64,000 nt of DNA from Sedimentisphaerales bacterium (GTDB taxonomy: Bacteria > Planctomycetota > Phycisphaerae > Sedimentisphaerales > Anaerobacaceae): assembly GCA_963708075.1 (NCBI GenBank), contig OY970194.1, forward strand, positions 5,632,001 to 5,696,000, read 5' to 3'. The position numbers were made by a program, and so were the translations under genes. The notes under the pieces are model-generated. The model was not told where the DNA came from. It did not search any database and worked only from the letters and a program-made list of their open reading frames with translations. Shown one piece after another: positions 40,761-50,442 of the stretch; the stretch's first letter is position 1, and each line of letters opens with the position of its first letter.

Positions 40761-43013
40761 ATGCGGAGCCGAATTTTCAGCCAATCACTCATGGTCGTTC
40801 TTTTTGCATGCGCGGCGGTAGCGACCGCGGAGCCAGTGCGAGTAATCTACGTAGACGCCGCGGCGGGAGGCGCAAAGACCGGCGTTTCCTGGGCGGCTGC
40901 GTACAATTGCCTTCAGGATGCCCTTGCGGCGGCGAAAGGACCAACCAGACCCGTCGAAATCCATGTCGCGCAGGGCCTCTACAAGCCGGACCAGGGGGCC
41001 GGCATCACCCCCGGCGACCGGGCAGCTACCTTCAAACTGCTCAACGGCGTCACTCTCAAAGGCGGCTACGCCGGAATAGTCGGCCCCGACCCGGATGCAC
41101 GCGATGTCAATCGCCATGAGACAATCCTCAGCGGCGATCTGGCCGGCAACGATGGTACCGCCAAGGTCACCAGGGATCCCGGTGCTCCTGACTTCCCCAT
41201 GAACGAGAATACCTGCAACGTCGTCACAGGCAGTGGCACGGATAACACGGCTGTGATCGACGGTCTCACGATTACCGCCGGTTCCATGACGTCTCTGCGC
41301 CCATCTGGAAGCCAGCCCCTTGTCGGCGGGGCAGGCATGCTGATCGAGGCTGGAAGCCCGACAGTCCTCAATTGCTGCTTTGTGGACAATTACGCGGCGT
41401 CAAAAGAGGCCCTGCTGGCCCGCAACGGGAGCAATCCGATCGTGACCAATTGCACATTCCTCAACAATCAGGGGACCGGCATGAGCAACGCATTCAACAG
41501 CAACGCTATCCTGACCAATTGCCGATTTGAGGGCAACGCCTGGATGGCGATGGACAACTCGTTTAGTAGTCCTGTCATCATCGGCTGTCAGTTCCTCGGC
41601 AACGGAAATGGCGCTATCCGTGTCTCGGATGGCAATTCCATCCTGACTGATTGCGTGTTTGCAGGCAATGACGGGAAGACGTTCGATCAGGGTATTAGTT
41701 TCTCCAGTGGCCGGGCCACGCTGACGGGCTGCACATTCACGGGTTTCAACGGCGCCGCCGTGGAAGCCCCGTACGATCTGACCCTCGTGCGCTGCACATT
41801 CAAAAACAACTCAGGATTTGCGGGCCGTGCCGTGCGCGGCACTTCCAGTAGCCGCATTATCGCATTCGAATGCTCCTTTGTCAGGAATGAAGGTTCCGGA
41901 GCGATCTCGGGCGGAGACTTGGAACTTCACGATTGTGAGTTCATCGGCAACTCGGGGCATCAAGCAGGTGCCATCGAGGGCGGCTCCGAAAGGCTCATCG
42001 CAACCAACTGCGTATTCTCGGGCAACTCCGGCAGGTCTGGAGCTGGCGCAATCTCCATCCACGGAAGGGTCGTCAGACTGTCCAACTGCACCTTCGCCGG
42101 TAATCGCGGCCCATGCAACTCTCTCGATTGGCTGGCCCCTGGGACTTTGCCAGCCCAGCTCACACAGTGCATTGTCCAGGACGGGCCGAGATCATTCCAC
42201 ACGCGTTCTGGGGACATAACTCAGATCAGCGTCACCTACAGCAATGTCCAGGGTGGTTATTCTGGCGAGGGCAATATCGACGTGGACCCATGCTTTGTCG
42301 ATCCGGGTTACTGGGCCGACCCCAACGATCCGACGAAGGAGATCGGGCCGGAAGACCCGCGTGCAGTGTGGGTCGCGGGCGATTACCACTTGAAATCACA
42401 GGGCGGTCACTGGGATCGGGCCACGGAGACCTGGATGCGTGACGAAGTCACCAGCTCCTGCATTGACGCGGGTAATCCGAACGATCCGTTGGGTGCCGAG
42501 CCATTCCCCAATGGAGGATTCGTGAATCTCGGCGCCTATGGCGGCACGCCCGAAGCCAGCAAGTCCTACTTTGGCGAGCCGGTCTGCGAGGTCGAGTTAG
42601 CGGGCGATATCAATGGCGACTGCAGGGTCGATCACGCGGATATAGACATTCTGATGATGCACTGGCTCATGGAAGGGACGGAACTCATCAACGTCCCACC
42701 GACAGTCACCCTCATCAGCCCAGAGGACGGCGCCGAATTGACCTACCCGACGCCCATTTCCTGTCAATGCGTAGCAGCCGACCCCGATGGAACCGTGGTG
42801 TGGGTCAGGTACACGCTCGAGTACCGCACGCAGAACAGGCTGGCGATGCGCAGCACCACGGTCACTGATCCGGCAAACAATTGGAATCGCGAATGGGCGT
42901 GGTCCGATGTATACGAAGGTGAAGCCTGGACGATCTGGGCGGAGGCGATGGACAACGAGGGCGCCAAGACGGTCTCGCCCAAGATCACCGTGACGCTGCA
43001 TCCGGCGAAGTAG
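40761..43013 (+). CDS. Secreted right-handed beta-helix protein with dockerin-like and Ig-like C-terminus (intact paralog)
   Basis: Signal peptide, CxFxGN repeats, GDYHLKSQ...CIDAG...GAYGGT, GDINGDCRVD, VTLISPEDG...EAMDNEGA. Confidence 0.88.
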   Translation: MRSRIFSQSLMVVLFACAAVATAEPVRVIYVDAAAGGAKTGVSWAAAYNCLQDALAAAKGPTRPVEIHVAQGLYKPDQGAGITPGDRAATFKLLNGVTLKGGYAGIVGPDPDARDVNRHETILSGDLAGNDGTAKVTRDPGAPDFPMNENTCNVVTGSGTDNTAVIDGLTITAGSMTSLRPSGSQPLVGGAGMLIEAGSPTVLNCCFVDNYAASKEALLARNGSNPIVTNCTFLNNQGTGMSNAFNSNAILTNCRFEGNAWMAMDNSFSSPVIIGCQFLGNGNGAIRVSDGNSILTDCVFAGNDGKTFDQGISFSSGRATLTGCTFTGFNGAAVEAPYDLTLVRCTFKNNSGFAGRAVRGTSSSRIIAFECSFVRNEGSGAISGGDLELHDCEFIGNSGHQAGAIEGGSERLIATNCVFSGNSGRSGAGAISIHGRVVRLSNCTFAGNRGPCNSLDWLAPGTLPAQLTQCIVQDGPRSFHTRSGDITQISVTYSNVQGGYSGEGNIDVDPCFVDPGYWADPNDPTKEIGPEDPRAVWVAGDYHLKSQGGHWDRATETWMRDEVTSSCIDAGNPNDPLGAEPFPNGGFVNLGAYGGTPEASKSYFGEPVCEVELAGDINGDCRVDHADIDILMMHWLMEGTELINVPPTVTLISPEDGAELTYPTPISCQCVAADPDGTVVWVRYTLEYRTQNRLAMRSTTVTDPANNWNREWAWSDVYEGEAWTIWAEAMDNEGAKTVSPKITVTLHPAK

Positions 43014-43101
43014 GCACGGTTCTGACCGCGGAATCGGATCAAAGAGGGTTGTTTTCGACAGTAGCGTGGACCTAATGACGGCATCTTTAGGAGAGACGAC
43101 C

Positions 43102-44130
43102 ATGTGTGGCGATCTGTTCAGGAAATGGCTTGTGCTGGTTGTTTGCGTGTGCGGTGTGGCAGCGGCGGGGGAGCCGAACGAGCTAGTGGCGGAGGCAAAC
43201 GAGCCCTGGATTGCGGCCGAACATCTGGCGCCGGGCTGGGAGTCCATGACGCTGGCGACGCGGCTCTTCAACCACGAGATCCCCATAGACAGGCCGATGC
43301 CGCCCAGGCGATCCCTGTCGTTCGGAGGCTGGATGTATGTGATCGATCCCAACGGGTTAATCGGCCTATCGGAGGTAGTGAAGAGTGCGAAGGTGTTCGA
43401 TGAGGTCGGCTACCGGATTCAGGTGGAGTACACTCCGCAGGCGACGACCCGCTACGGGCCCCCGCTGCAGGGACCCTCCTATCAGCCGCTGGAATACCAA
43501 ACAAAAGTGGATGCGGACACCAAGCTGCGGATTGCCAGCCCTGAGCCCTTCAATTTCACAATCGACATGTCGATGGGGTACAATGCCGCATTTCCACTGG
43601 CTCTCAGCCGACTTGAATGGTCGATGTCCGCACTGCGCAGCGACCATATAGGGGCAATCGACATCCCGTTTGCCCCCACCGGGAACTGGACCGAATTGGT
43701 GCCGGGATTGGAGGTCCTCGTGGAGCAGGCGACCGTAGAGGAAGGGAAGTACCGCTATCGGATGAAAACCAGGTACGACCCGAATAGAATCTCATATCTG
43801 GACGTCAGAGACAGTCCTCCCTGTTACACAGGACATGGGCCTGATGTGCCGTACTCATGGCCGTGGCACGCCTATCCGGAGATGATCGTCACCGCCATCG
43901 ACATGCTGGATGCCGAAGGCAACTCTGTCACGACCCAGAGCACAGAATACCGTATAAGCGGCGGCACCACCTTCAAGGACTCCGGCGGCCAGAGAATTGT
44001 CACCCAGCAATACACCGGCACATGTTCCGAATGCGCCAAGGCTGCGTTCATCCGGCACGTTATTGCGTTCAAGCCCTACAATCAGGACTTGCAATTCGTC
44101 CTGGAGAACGTGCCCGTCCCAACCTTCTAG
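43102..44130 (+). CDS. Secreted hypothetical protein
   Basis: AGGAGA RBS, signal-like N-terminus, long ORF; no recognised motif. Confidence 0.7.
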   Translation: MCGDLFRKWLVLVVCVCGVAAAGEPNELVAEANEPWIAAEHLAPGWESMTLATRLFNHEIPIDRPMPPRRSLSFGGWMYVIDPNGLIGLSEVVKSAKVFDEVGYRIQVEYTPQATTRYGPPLQGPSYQPLEYQTKVDADTKLRIASPEPFNFTIDMSMGYNAAFPLALSRLEWSMSALRSDHIGAIDIPFAPTGNWTELVPGLEVLVEQATVEEGKYRYRMKTRYDPNRISYLDVRDSPPCYTGHGPDVPYSWPWHAYPEMIVTAIDMLDAEGNSVTTQSTEYRISGGTTFKDSGGQRIVTQQYTGTCSECAKAAFIRHVIAFKPYNQDLQFVLENVPVPTF

Positions 44131-44251
44131 CCGTGACGAAGCAGGAGTTGCTGAACATCTGTGGCTGATGGAGAGTCTGGGCCGGCCCGGCTGTTAGTGG
44201 TGGCTGGCATTGTCAAGCGCGTAGCGCTCTGTAATGGCGGCCTGCAATCGC

Positions 44252-47200
44252 TCAACCGCCCCCGGCGCTGCTGAGATCGATGGGATTCGCGTTGAAATCG
44301 TACAGGATGATCCGCGATTGATTGGCCCCGACGTTGTCCTTGTCCAGAATCATGTGGATAAATCGGATTCCTTTATTCTGCAATTGGCTGACGATGACGG
44401 CGGAGATCCCCGGCTCGAGCCTCGGCTCGAAGAGGAAGTGCTCGGCGACATTGTGATGCTCAGGCCGGAACGTCTGGGAGTAATAGCCTTTCAACACGAT
44501 CGGTTCCGTCGTGAGGCCCTCGATGACGGTTCGATCCCATCGCTTCAATGGGCCCGTATTGCCGCCGGCCTGTTCCCACATGGTGAATCCTCGGGGCAGC
44601 GGAGGATAGTAGAAGTACGATTTGACGGAAACGCCGTGATCCACGAGAGACCGCTCCTGGGGCATGTCGGCGCTGCTGGCGGGCGAGCAGGCCCACAGGT
44701 ACACCTCGTTGCCTGTCACAGGGCGCATGCCCGCTGGATGCCAGGACACAACCGGAGCGCCATAGTCCACATTCAGCGGCAGGAACCGGTACGGGACGCG
44801 GTACCCGGAGCAGCCAAGATCCGACGGCGCGAAGATCGGCCGCAGGAATGGCGGAATGGCCGTCGGCACGTCGGGCGTCCAAAGATGGTAAGTTCGGGGG
44901 TTCACCAGATCGGGCAACTGCCAGCTATCGATGGTGTCGTCGTCGATGAGGCTGTGGTTGCCGGACGGCAGGAGGGCCATCTTCCCCGAGATCGTGCGAA
45001 TCCGATCTTCATCGAGGTACTCGATCTGCACGTCGGTGTAGAGACTCTCGCCCAGAGCGTTGGCGTCCAGAACCGTATTGCGGGTCTGGATCGTCCAGCG
45101 GGACTTGAGGCGATGATCGGCGAACACATCGACTGTATCCTTTAACTCGACCTCGCCGGTGTAGACTTCGAATTCGGTAGGTTGGTTGACCAGGCAGGGG
45201 GTCTGCATGCGGTCGGAGGAGGGGACCTGGCGGACCTGCTTGATGACCAGTCCGCCGGCAGGCAGCACGCGCCCGCCGGGAGCGACCTTCTTGTATTCGA
45301 GGTCCAGGATGTATGGGAACTTGCCGGTCCTTCGTTCGAACTCACTGCTGACCTTCAACAGCAGGGCGGTGAGGTCCTTGTAGTCGCTCGATCCCTGGAT
45401 GGATTTGCCCCGCAGCGTACCGGTCAGGACGATATCGCCCAGCCGGACGAGACTGGATGCCCGTTTAAGCTCAGGCCACGTGCTGCTGCCGGACGGGAGG
45501 ATCATCACGGTGACTTCCTCCGGGATCGAGCCATCCTCGGGGTTGGTCACGGAGACCGTCCCCAACTGGGTGACCAGCGTGATGTACGTGTTGGCCTGCA
45601 TTCCATCCCGTTCCACGGTGGCCACGCCGTTGGCCAACTCGATCTCGTCGGGGAAGGAATGGTGAACCACGACAGCCATGCCGACATTCGTCTCGTCCAG
45701 ACCGTGACGCAGGCGCTCCAAATACGCATTGTCGTTATAGAAGCCGGCGAAGACCTGCCGAATCGCCTGGAAGACATCTCGCTCGGACCCGCGGTTCGGA
45801 TCGCAGGCGCACGGGCCGTCGTCGTCGAGGTCAATCGCGTCGTCCAGACAGCCGCTGTAACTGTCGTAGAGACCCGCCCCGATGAAGTCCACGCTGTCCT
45901 CGACGTTGGTCGAGCTGCGGAACCGCAGGGGAACGTTGGGATCGAAACCGTACTTTGGATCGGTCAGCACGTCGATCGTCGCCGCTCGCAGTGCCGCGGT
46001 AAACGCGGTGACGCCGGAATTTGTGAACAGGTTGCGAATCGAGGCCACGTCCCGCGACAGCGTCAGCATGTCCGCGGGCGGGTACGCCGTGTACTTCGAC
46101 AATCGCCGGGCGATCTCCTGTCGCAGCGTCGGACCCGTAACCTCAGGGCGGACCTGCCACCGGGTCGGCTCGTTTGCATCATCGGTCAGGTATATGCCGT
46201 TGAGAACGATGGTTTGATCCGAGGCGTTGTACAGCTCGATCCAGTCCGCGTATTCGCCGCTCTCGCAGGGGTCTTCGATGGTCCGTTTGTTGTTCGCCAT
46301 GAGTTCGTTGATGACCAGGCCGCCCGTGTGCTCGCTCGGGGCGGCTGAGTTCGGCAGGCCGGGGGTGGGACGGTCAAACGCCTGCCATACGTCGCCGCCA
46401 TCGACCGAGCGGCCGTAAGAGACATCCTTCGTCTGACGTCCGAAGTGAATCGAATCCAGCAGGGTGGCTCCATCGACATCGAACAGGCTGATGGTTTCAC
46501 CGTCAGCGTTCAATCGAAAACTCGTATGCGTGGGGCCCTGCTGCTCGTCATCATCGGCCCAGAACAGCATGTGTTCCCGCGGCATCAGGGTGATGGCGGA
46601 GGCGGGCGTGAGCGGCTGGTCGAGAAACGCGTTCCACAGGTCGAACGTCAGTGTGATCGCCCGGGGAGAGTTGTCGGGCACTGCGGCCCGCAATAGGCTG
46701 AAGTTGGCCGCCTTGCCGCCAACGTACTGAATATCCGTGGCTTGCAGTCCCTCTACAGAGACGCCGAACGTCCCCAGCGACGCCATCGGGGAGATGTCCA
46801 GAGGCGCAGCCTGCTTGAGTTGCAGAATCTCTGCGGCGGCCGCGTCATCCAGAATGCCCTCGGTATCCATGATCCGCACGTCTACGCCGAACTCGTCCTC
46901 GTAGGCGCAGAAGACGATTCGGTGTCCGATCAACTGCTGGATGTGCTCGGCATCGGCCGCCAGGGCCAGGTAGACAAAGGGCACCATATACGTCTTGGCG
47001 AGGATGGCCACGTGCGAGTTGGGTGTGGAAGGAGCCAGGGAAATGATGCCCGCGACGAAGGGCACCTCGGCCGGCACCCCATCGGTGAGCAGGATGTCCC
47101 CGGGTTTGAGGACGCCGCTGTGGTAGGCACTGGCAATACTGCCCCCGGGGACGTAGTTGAGCCTGCCGAAGGCCCATCCGGGGGAATAGCAGGCATTGCC

Positions 47201-47848
47201 GCTGGCCCACCGTGCCGTGGACCCCAGCGGGACACCCTGGGATTCGAACCAGTCGCGATTGGCGGAAGCGGCCGCCTGCTGCTCATACGTCGGAAAGTAA
47301 AACACTTGCACATCAGCCGGGGCGCCGACATGGGCTTTGACGAGCTGGAACAGGTCGCGGATTTGTTCCCGCGTGAACGGGTCCTGGCGCACGAATTGAA
47401 TGCCGTATTCACGGAACTGGGGCTCTGTCGGCCAGGCAACCGCCGGGGGCAGGATGACGGTGCCCAGGATGGCCTTTTGGTTCTTCTCGAACAGGGTGGC
47501 CGCGTTGAACTGCGGAGCCGTCATCCCGCGGAAGGGGTCGAGCACTTCCGTGGCGAAGCTGTAGTGGAACACGTACTTGCTGCTGTCCTGGAAGTAGACC
47601 ACGTTGGGATCATACGGCGCCAGGAGAATTGTGAACTTGATCCACTTGACCTTGCCGTCCACGAAACGGCTGTTGCAGAACGTGTCGTATGGGTAGGCGA
47701 TCTGGTTCTTCCAGTAAGGCGACGGACTGATAGTCGGGGGCTCGGCGTGAGCTGCTTGCAGCGTCGCGGCCAGCAGGATAAGGATCGCCCACGCTCGCGA
47801 GCTATTGTCTCGATGTTTACGATCGATGGATCGAAAATGGTCAATCAT
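44252..47848 (-). CDS. Secreted PEP/pyruvate-binding (PPDK_N-like) domain protein with inserted lamin-tail domain
   Basis: TPNSHVAILA, VGGKAANF, FRSSTNVED...GAGLYDS, MAVVVH, ANGVA, DLEYK, KQVR; LTD motifs INELMA/DWIELYN. Confidence 0.8.
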   Translation of the reverse strand: MIDHFRSIDRKHRDNSSRAWAILILLAATLQAAHAEPPTISPSPYWKNQIAYPYDTFCNSRFVDGKVKWIKFTILLAPYDPNVVYFQDSSKYVFHYSFATEVLDPFRGMTAPQFNAATLFEKNQKAILGTVILPPAVAWPTEPQFREYGIQFVRQDPFTREQIRDLFQLVKAHVGAPADVQVFYFPTYEQQAAASANRDWFESQGVPLGSTARWASGNACYSPGWAFGRLNYVPGGSIASAYHSGVLKPGDILLTDGVPAEVPFVAGIISLAPSTPNSHVAILAKTYMVPFVYLALAADAEHIQQLIGHRIVFCAYEDEFGVDVRIMDTEGILDDAAAAEILQLKQAAPLDISPMASLGTFGVSVEGLQATDIQYVGGKAANFSLLRAAVPDNSPRAITLTFDLWNAFLDQPLTPASAITLMPREHMLFWADDDEQQGPTHTSFRLNADGETISLFDVDGATLLDSIHFGRQTKDVSYGRSVDGGDVWQAFDRPTPGLPNSAAPSEHTGGLVINELMANNKRTIEDPCESGEYADWIELYNASDQTIVLNGIYLTDDANEPTRWQVRPEVTGPTLRQEIARRLSKYTAYPPADMLTLSRDVASIRNLFTNSGVTAFTAALRAATIDVLTDPKYGFDPNVPLRFRSSTNVEDSVDFIGAGLYDSYSGCLDDAIDLDDDGPCACDPNRGSERDVFQAIRQVFAGFYNDNAYLERLRHGLDETNVGMAVVVHHSFPDEIELANGVATVERDGMQANTYITLVTQLGTVSVTNPEDGSIPEEVTVMILPSGSSTWPELKRASSLVRLGDIVLTGTLRGKSIQGSSDYKDLTALLLKVSSEFERRTGKFPYILDLEYKKVAPGGRVLPAGGLVIKQVRQVPSSDRMQTPCLVNQPTEFEVYTGEVELKDTVDVFADHRLKSRWTIQTRNTVLDANALGESLYTDVQIEYLDEDRIRTISGKMALLPSGNHSLIDDDTIDSWQLPDLVNPRTYHLWTPDVPTAIPPFLRPIFAPSDLGCSGYRVPYRFLPLNVDYGAPVVSWHPAGMRPVTGNEVYLWACSPASSADMPQERSLVDHGVSVKSYFYYPPLPRGFTMWEQAGGNTGPLKRWDRTVIEGLTTEPIVLKGYYSQTFRPEHHNVAEHFLFEPRLEPGISAVIVSQLQNKGIRFIHMILDKDNVGANQSRIILYDFNANPIDLSSAGGG

Positions 47849-47854
47849 AAATAG

Positions 47855-49690
47855 TCAAGGTGAGTGGCTCAGACTCGCCTCGGCGGTGCCACCGTACGCG
47901 CCCATATTGACGATCCCGCCATTGGGAGCGGGCTCGTACCCGATCGGACTGGCCGGATCGCCGGCGTCGATGGCGGGACTGGTCACTTCATCTCGCCGCC
48001 ACGATCCCGCAGCCGGATCCCAGCGGCCGGCCTGGGACTTCAGGTGGTAATCTCCGTTCATCCAGACGGCGCCAGGATTCTCCATCGTGACCACCATGTT
48101 TGGGTCGGCTGGATCCGCCCAATAGCCCGGGCGGGCCAGCAGCGGATCGCTGCGCGTATCACCGAGGGCCGGCCACGATCCGCGAACGTTGCAGTACCGA
48201 ATGGAAGGATCGCTTGTGCCGCGAGCCCTGATCTCGGACGGGTAATTGTCCCAGAGAATTGAATCCACCACGTTGACGTCGCTGTCAACGAGGGCCAGAC
48301 CTGCGCCGTTCTGGCCGGCATAGTTGTCCGCGACCGTGCAGTTGGTCATCACGGCCCGGCTCTGCTCGAAGTACACGGCGGCTCCATTAGGGTCGGTGCA
48401 GAGGTTGCCGACGATCAGGCAGTGGCTCAACTTGGGACTGGCTCCGGAGCAGTAGATCCCACCGGCCAAGCTGCCTCGCCCTCTGGTGATGACGAATCCG
48501 GACAGGCTGCAGTTCCAGCCGGCGCCTGGGTAAATCGCGACGACCGGATCGCCGCCCGTGCCTTCGATGGTGGCGCAGGGACCCGCGTTGGGTCGGCAAG
48601 GATCGATTGCCGTGACGTGGATCATCTTGCCCATCTTGATGTTCCCGCGATAGAGGCCCGGGGCCACGAAGATGGTCACGCCGTCGCGCGCGACTTCGAT
48701 GGCATCCTGGATCCTCGATATCGGGTGCTCCGGGCTGCCGTCCTGATTGGGATCGGATGCGGCATCGTCGTCCACATAGAGCGTGTCCCGCAGGCTCAGG
48801 AAATGCGCCTGGATGTCACAGTCCCAGTCCATAAAGACATTAGTGGGATTGTCGGTGAAGAGGGAGGCACCGGTCCAGCGGTTGAACACGAAGCCCGGAT
48901 CGGCTACGGCGTTGAGGTGGACGTGCGTGTGGTACGGGTACGGGAACTCCCCCTCTCCCGGCTCGACCACGGACCCGCCGAACGTGGAGGACAGCGTCAG
49001 CATTCGTTCGCCGTAATCGAGCTCGATTGTCATTGCCGGATTGTTCGCCCGGATCTGGGGCAGGTACACGTCATAGGCCTCATCGTTCAAAGGGCAGTCC
49101 CGAAGATCGACGTACCGCAGCGTCGTCAGGTTGGCCAGAGGTGAGATGTCGCTGACTGGCGTCCTCAAGAGCGACAATACCGCCAGGCGGGGCATGCTGG
49201 CCAGTGGGGAGAGGTCGCTGACCGGATTCTCACGCAGGGCCAGGAACCACACGTTGACCAGGTTGGACAGGGCCGAGATGTCGCTGATCTTGTTGTGGTG
49301 AAGGTCCAACTGGGTCAGGTTGGTCAGGCCGCTCAGGGGCGAGATATCGCTGATAAAATTGTCGTTCAGGAACAGCGTGTCCAGATTGCTCAACCCCCCG
49401 AGGGGAGTCACATCGCTGAGGTCGTTGGCTCGCAAGCGAAGGGTCTGAAGATTTGAGGCGTACTCCAAGCCTGTCAAGTCGGGCATCTTGACTGATAGCG
49501 CCGTAAGGTTGATCAGATCCAGCATGTCTGTCGGCGTGGGATCGGAAACCTGCAGATGGTTTTCAATGGCTGCCCTGAGATTCGGATCGGGGATATCGAC
49601 CGGCAGCTCGGCCCATGAAGGGCCAGAGACCAATGGCAACAACAACACCAACATGGATAGTGCGCTTCTCACCTCGTCCTCCTGCCGCAA
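47855..49690 (-). CDS. Secreted internalin-like LRR protein with InlB-B-repeat-like and beta-helix domains
   Basis: IPDPNLRAAI cap, LxxLxLxxNxISDISPL repeats, ADPGFVFNRWTG, C-terminal GDYHLKSQAGRWD...GAYGGTAEAS. Confidence 0.85.
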   Translation of the reverse strand: MRQEDEVRSALSMLVLLLPLVSGPSWAELPVDIPDPNLRAAIENHLQVSDPTPTDMLDLINLTALSVKMPDLTGLEYASNLQTLRLRANDLSDVTPLGGLSNLDTLFLNDNFISDISPLSGLTNLTQLDLHHNKISDISALSNLVNVWFLALRENPVSDLSPLASMPRLAVLSLLRTPVSDISPLANLTTLRYVDLRDCPLNDEAYDVYLPQIRANNPAMTIELDYGERMLTLSSTFGGSVVEPGEGEFPYPYHTHVHLNAVADPGFVFNRWTGASLFTDNPTNVFMDWDCDIQAHFLSLRDTLYVDDDAASDPNQDGSPEHPISRIQDAIEVARDGVTIFVAPGLYRGNIKMGKMIHVTAIDPCRPNAGPCATIEGTGGDPVVAIYPGAGWNCSLSGFVITRGRGSLAGGIYCSGASPKLSHCLIVGNLCTDPNGAAVYFEQSRAVMTNCTVADNYAGQNGAGLALVDSDVNVVDSILWDNYPSEIRARGTSDPSIRYCNVRGSWPALGDTRSDPLLARPGYWADPADPNMVVTMENPGAVWMNGDYHLKSQAGRWDPAAGSWRRDEVTSPAIDAGDPASPIGYEPAPNGGIVNMGAYGGTAEASLSHSP

Positions 49691-50015
49691 AGCAAATCAC
49701 CTAGTATCCAAGCCCTGAGGGTTATCTCTCAACATAGTATAGCATCCGCACCCGGATATTTTCAAGACAAATCGCCGCAGTCTCCAGGTACACAGGACGG
49801 CATGGACCGCTGGCCCTTCGCACCGAGCGTGCCCTGGGCCGGCCTTGCGCTTGGGACGCCATCTGCATGTAAGTTATGATTGGGCCTATGGTTACATGCT
49901 GCTCGATGCATCAGGCGGGAGGAACGGGCCGTAGGGGGTGTACGAGCAACTCCGTCCACAAGCCAGCGGGGCGGCAAAAAAATTCTTGGAATTCCTGTAA
50001 CATTTTGTTGTTTGC

Positions 50016-50054
50016 TTCGACATATGTAGTAGAATTGCTTCTACGATTGTAGAA
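50016..50054. promoter_or_regulatory. Putative BlaI operator dyads
   Basis: ttcgacatatgtagta and perfect TTCTAC-N4-GTAGAA directly before blaI-like gene; resembles TACA/TGTA BlaI/CopY operators. Confidence 0.65.
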
Positions 50055-50065
50055 GGGATAGTGAA

Positions 50066-50440
50066 ATGAAGCTGACAGAAGCAGAATGGCAGATCATGAA
50101 TGCGTTGTGGCAGAAGCACCCGGCTACGGCGCGGGAGATCATGGAGCGGCTGGATCGCCGGGTCAAATGGGCCTATACCACAATAAAGACTATGTTGACC
50201 CGACTGGTAGAGAAAGACGCCGTCAGCGAGGTCAAGCAGGGCAATACGAGCGTGTATGAGCCCCTGGTCTCGCAGCAAAAGGCCCGGCTCAGCGCCTTCC
50301 GGTCATTGCTGGATCAGGCCTTTGACGGGGCCGTCGGGCCGCTGGTGCATTTCCTGACGGAGGAAAAGCAGCTCACGGCCAAGGAGAAAAAGGAACTCAG
50401 GAAGATTCTGGAAAGCGAAGTGGAAGATAAGGGAGAGTAG
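50066..50440 (+). CDS. BlaI/MecI/CopY family repressor
   Basis: LTEAEWQIMNALW, WAYTTIKTMLTRLVEK. Confidence 0.93.
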   Translation: MKLTEAEWQIMNALWQKHPATAREIMERLDRRVKWAYTTIKTMLTRLVEKDAVSEVKQGNTSVYEPLVSQQKARLSAFRSLLDQAFDGAVGPLVHFLTEEKQLTAKEKKELRKILESEVEDKGE

Positions 50441-50442
50441 TC

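Noticed and set aside
32459..43013. Diversity-generating retroelement or shufflon among the paralogous beta-helix genes
   Set aside because: No reverse transcriptase or recombinase; differences between copies are not adenine-specific; consistent with ordinary duplication
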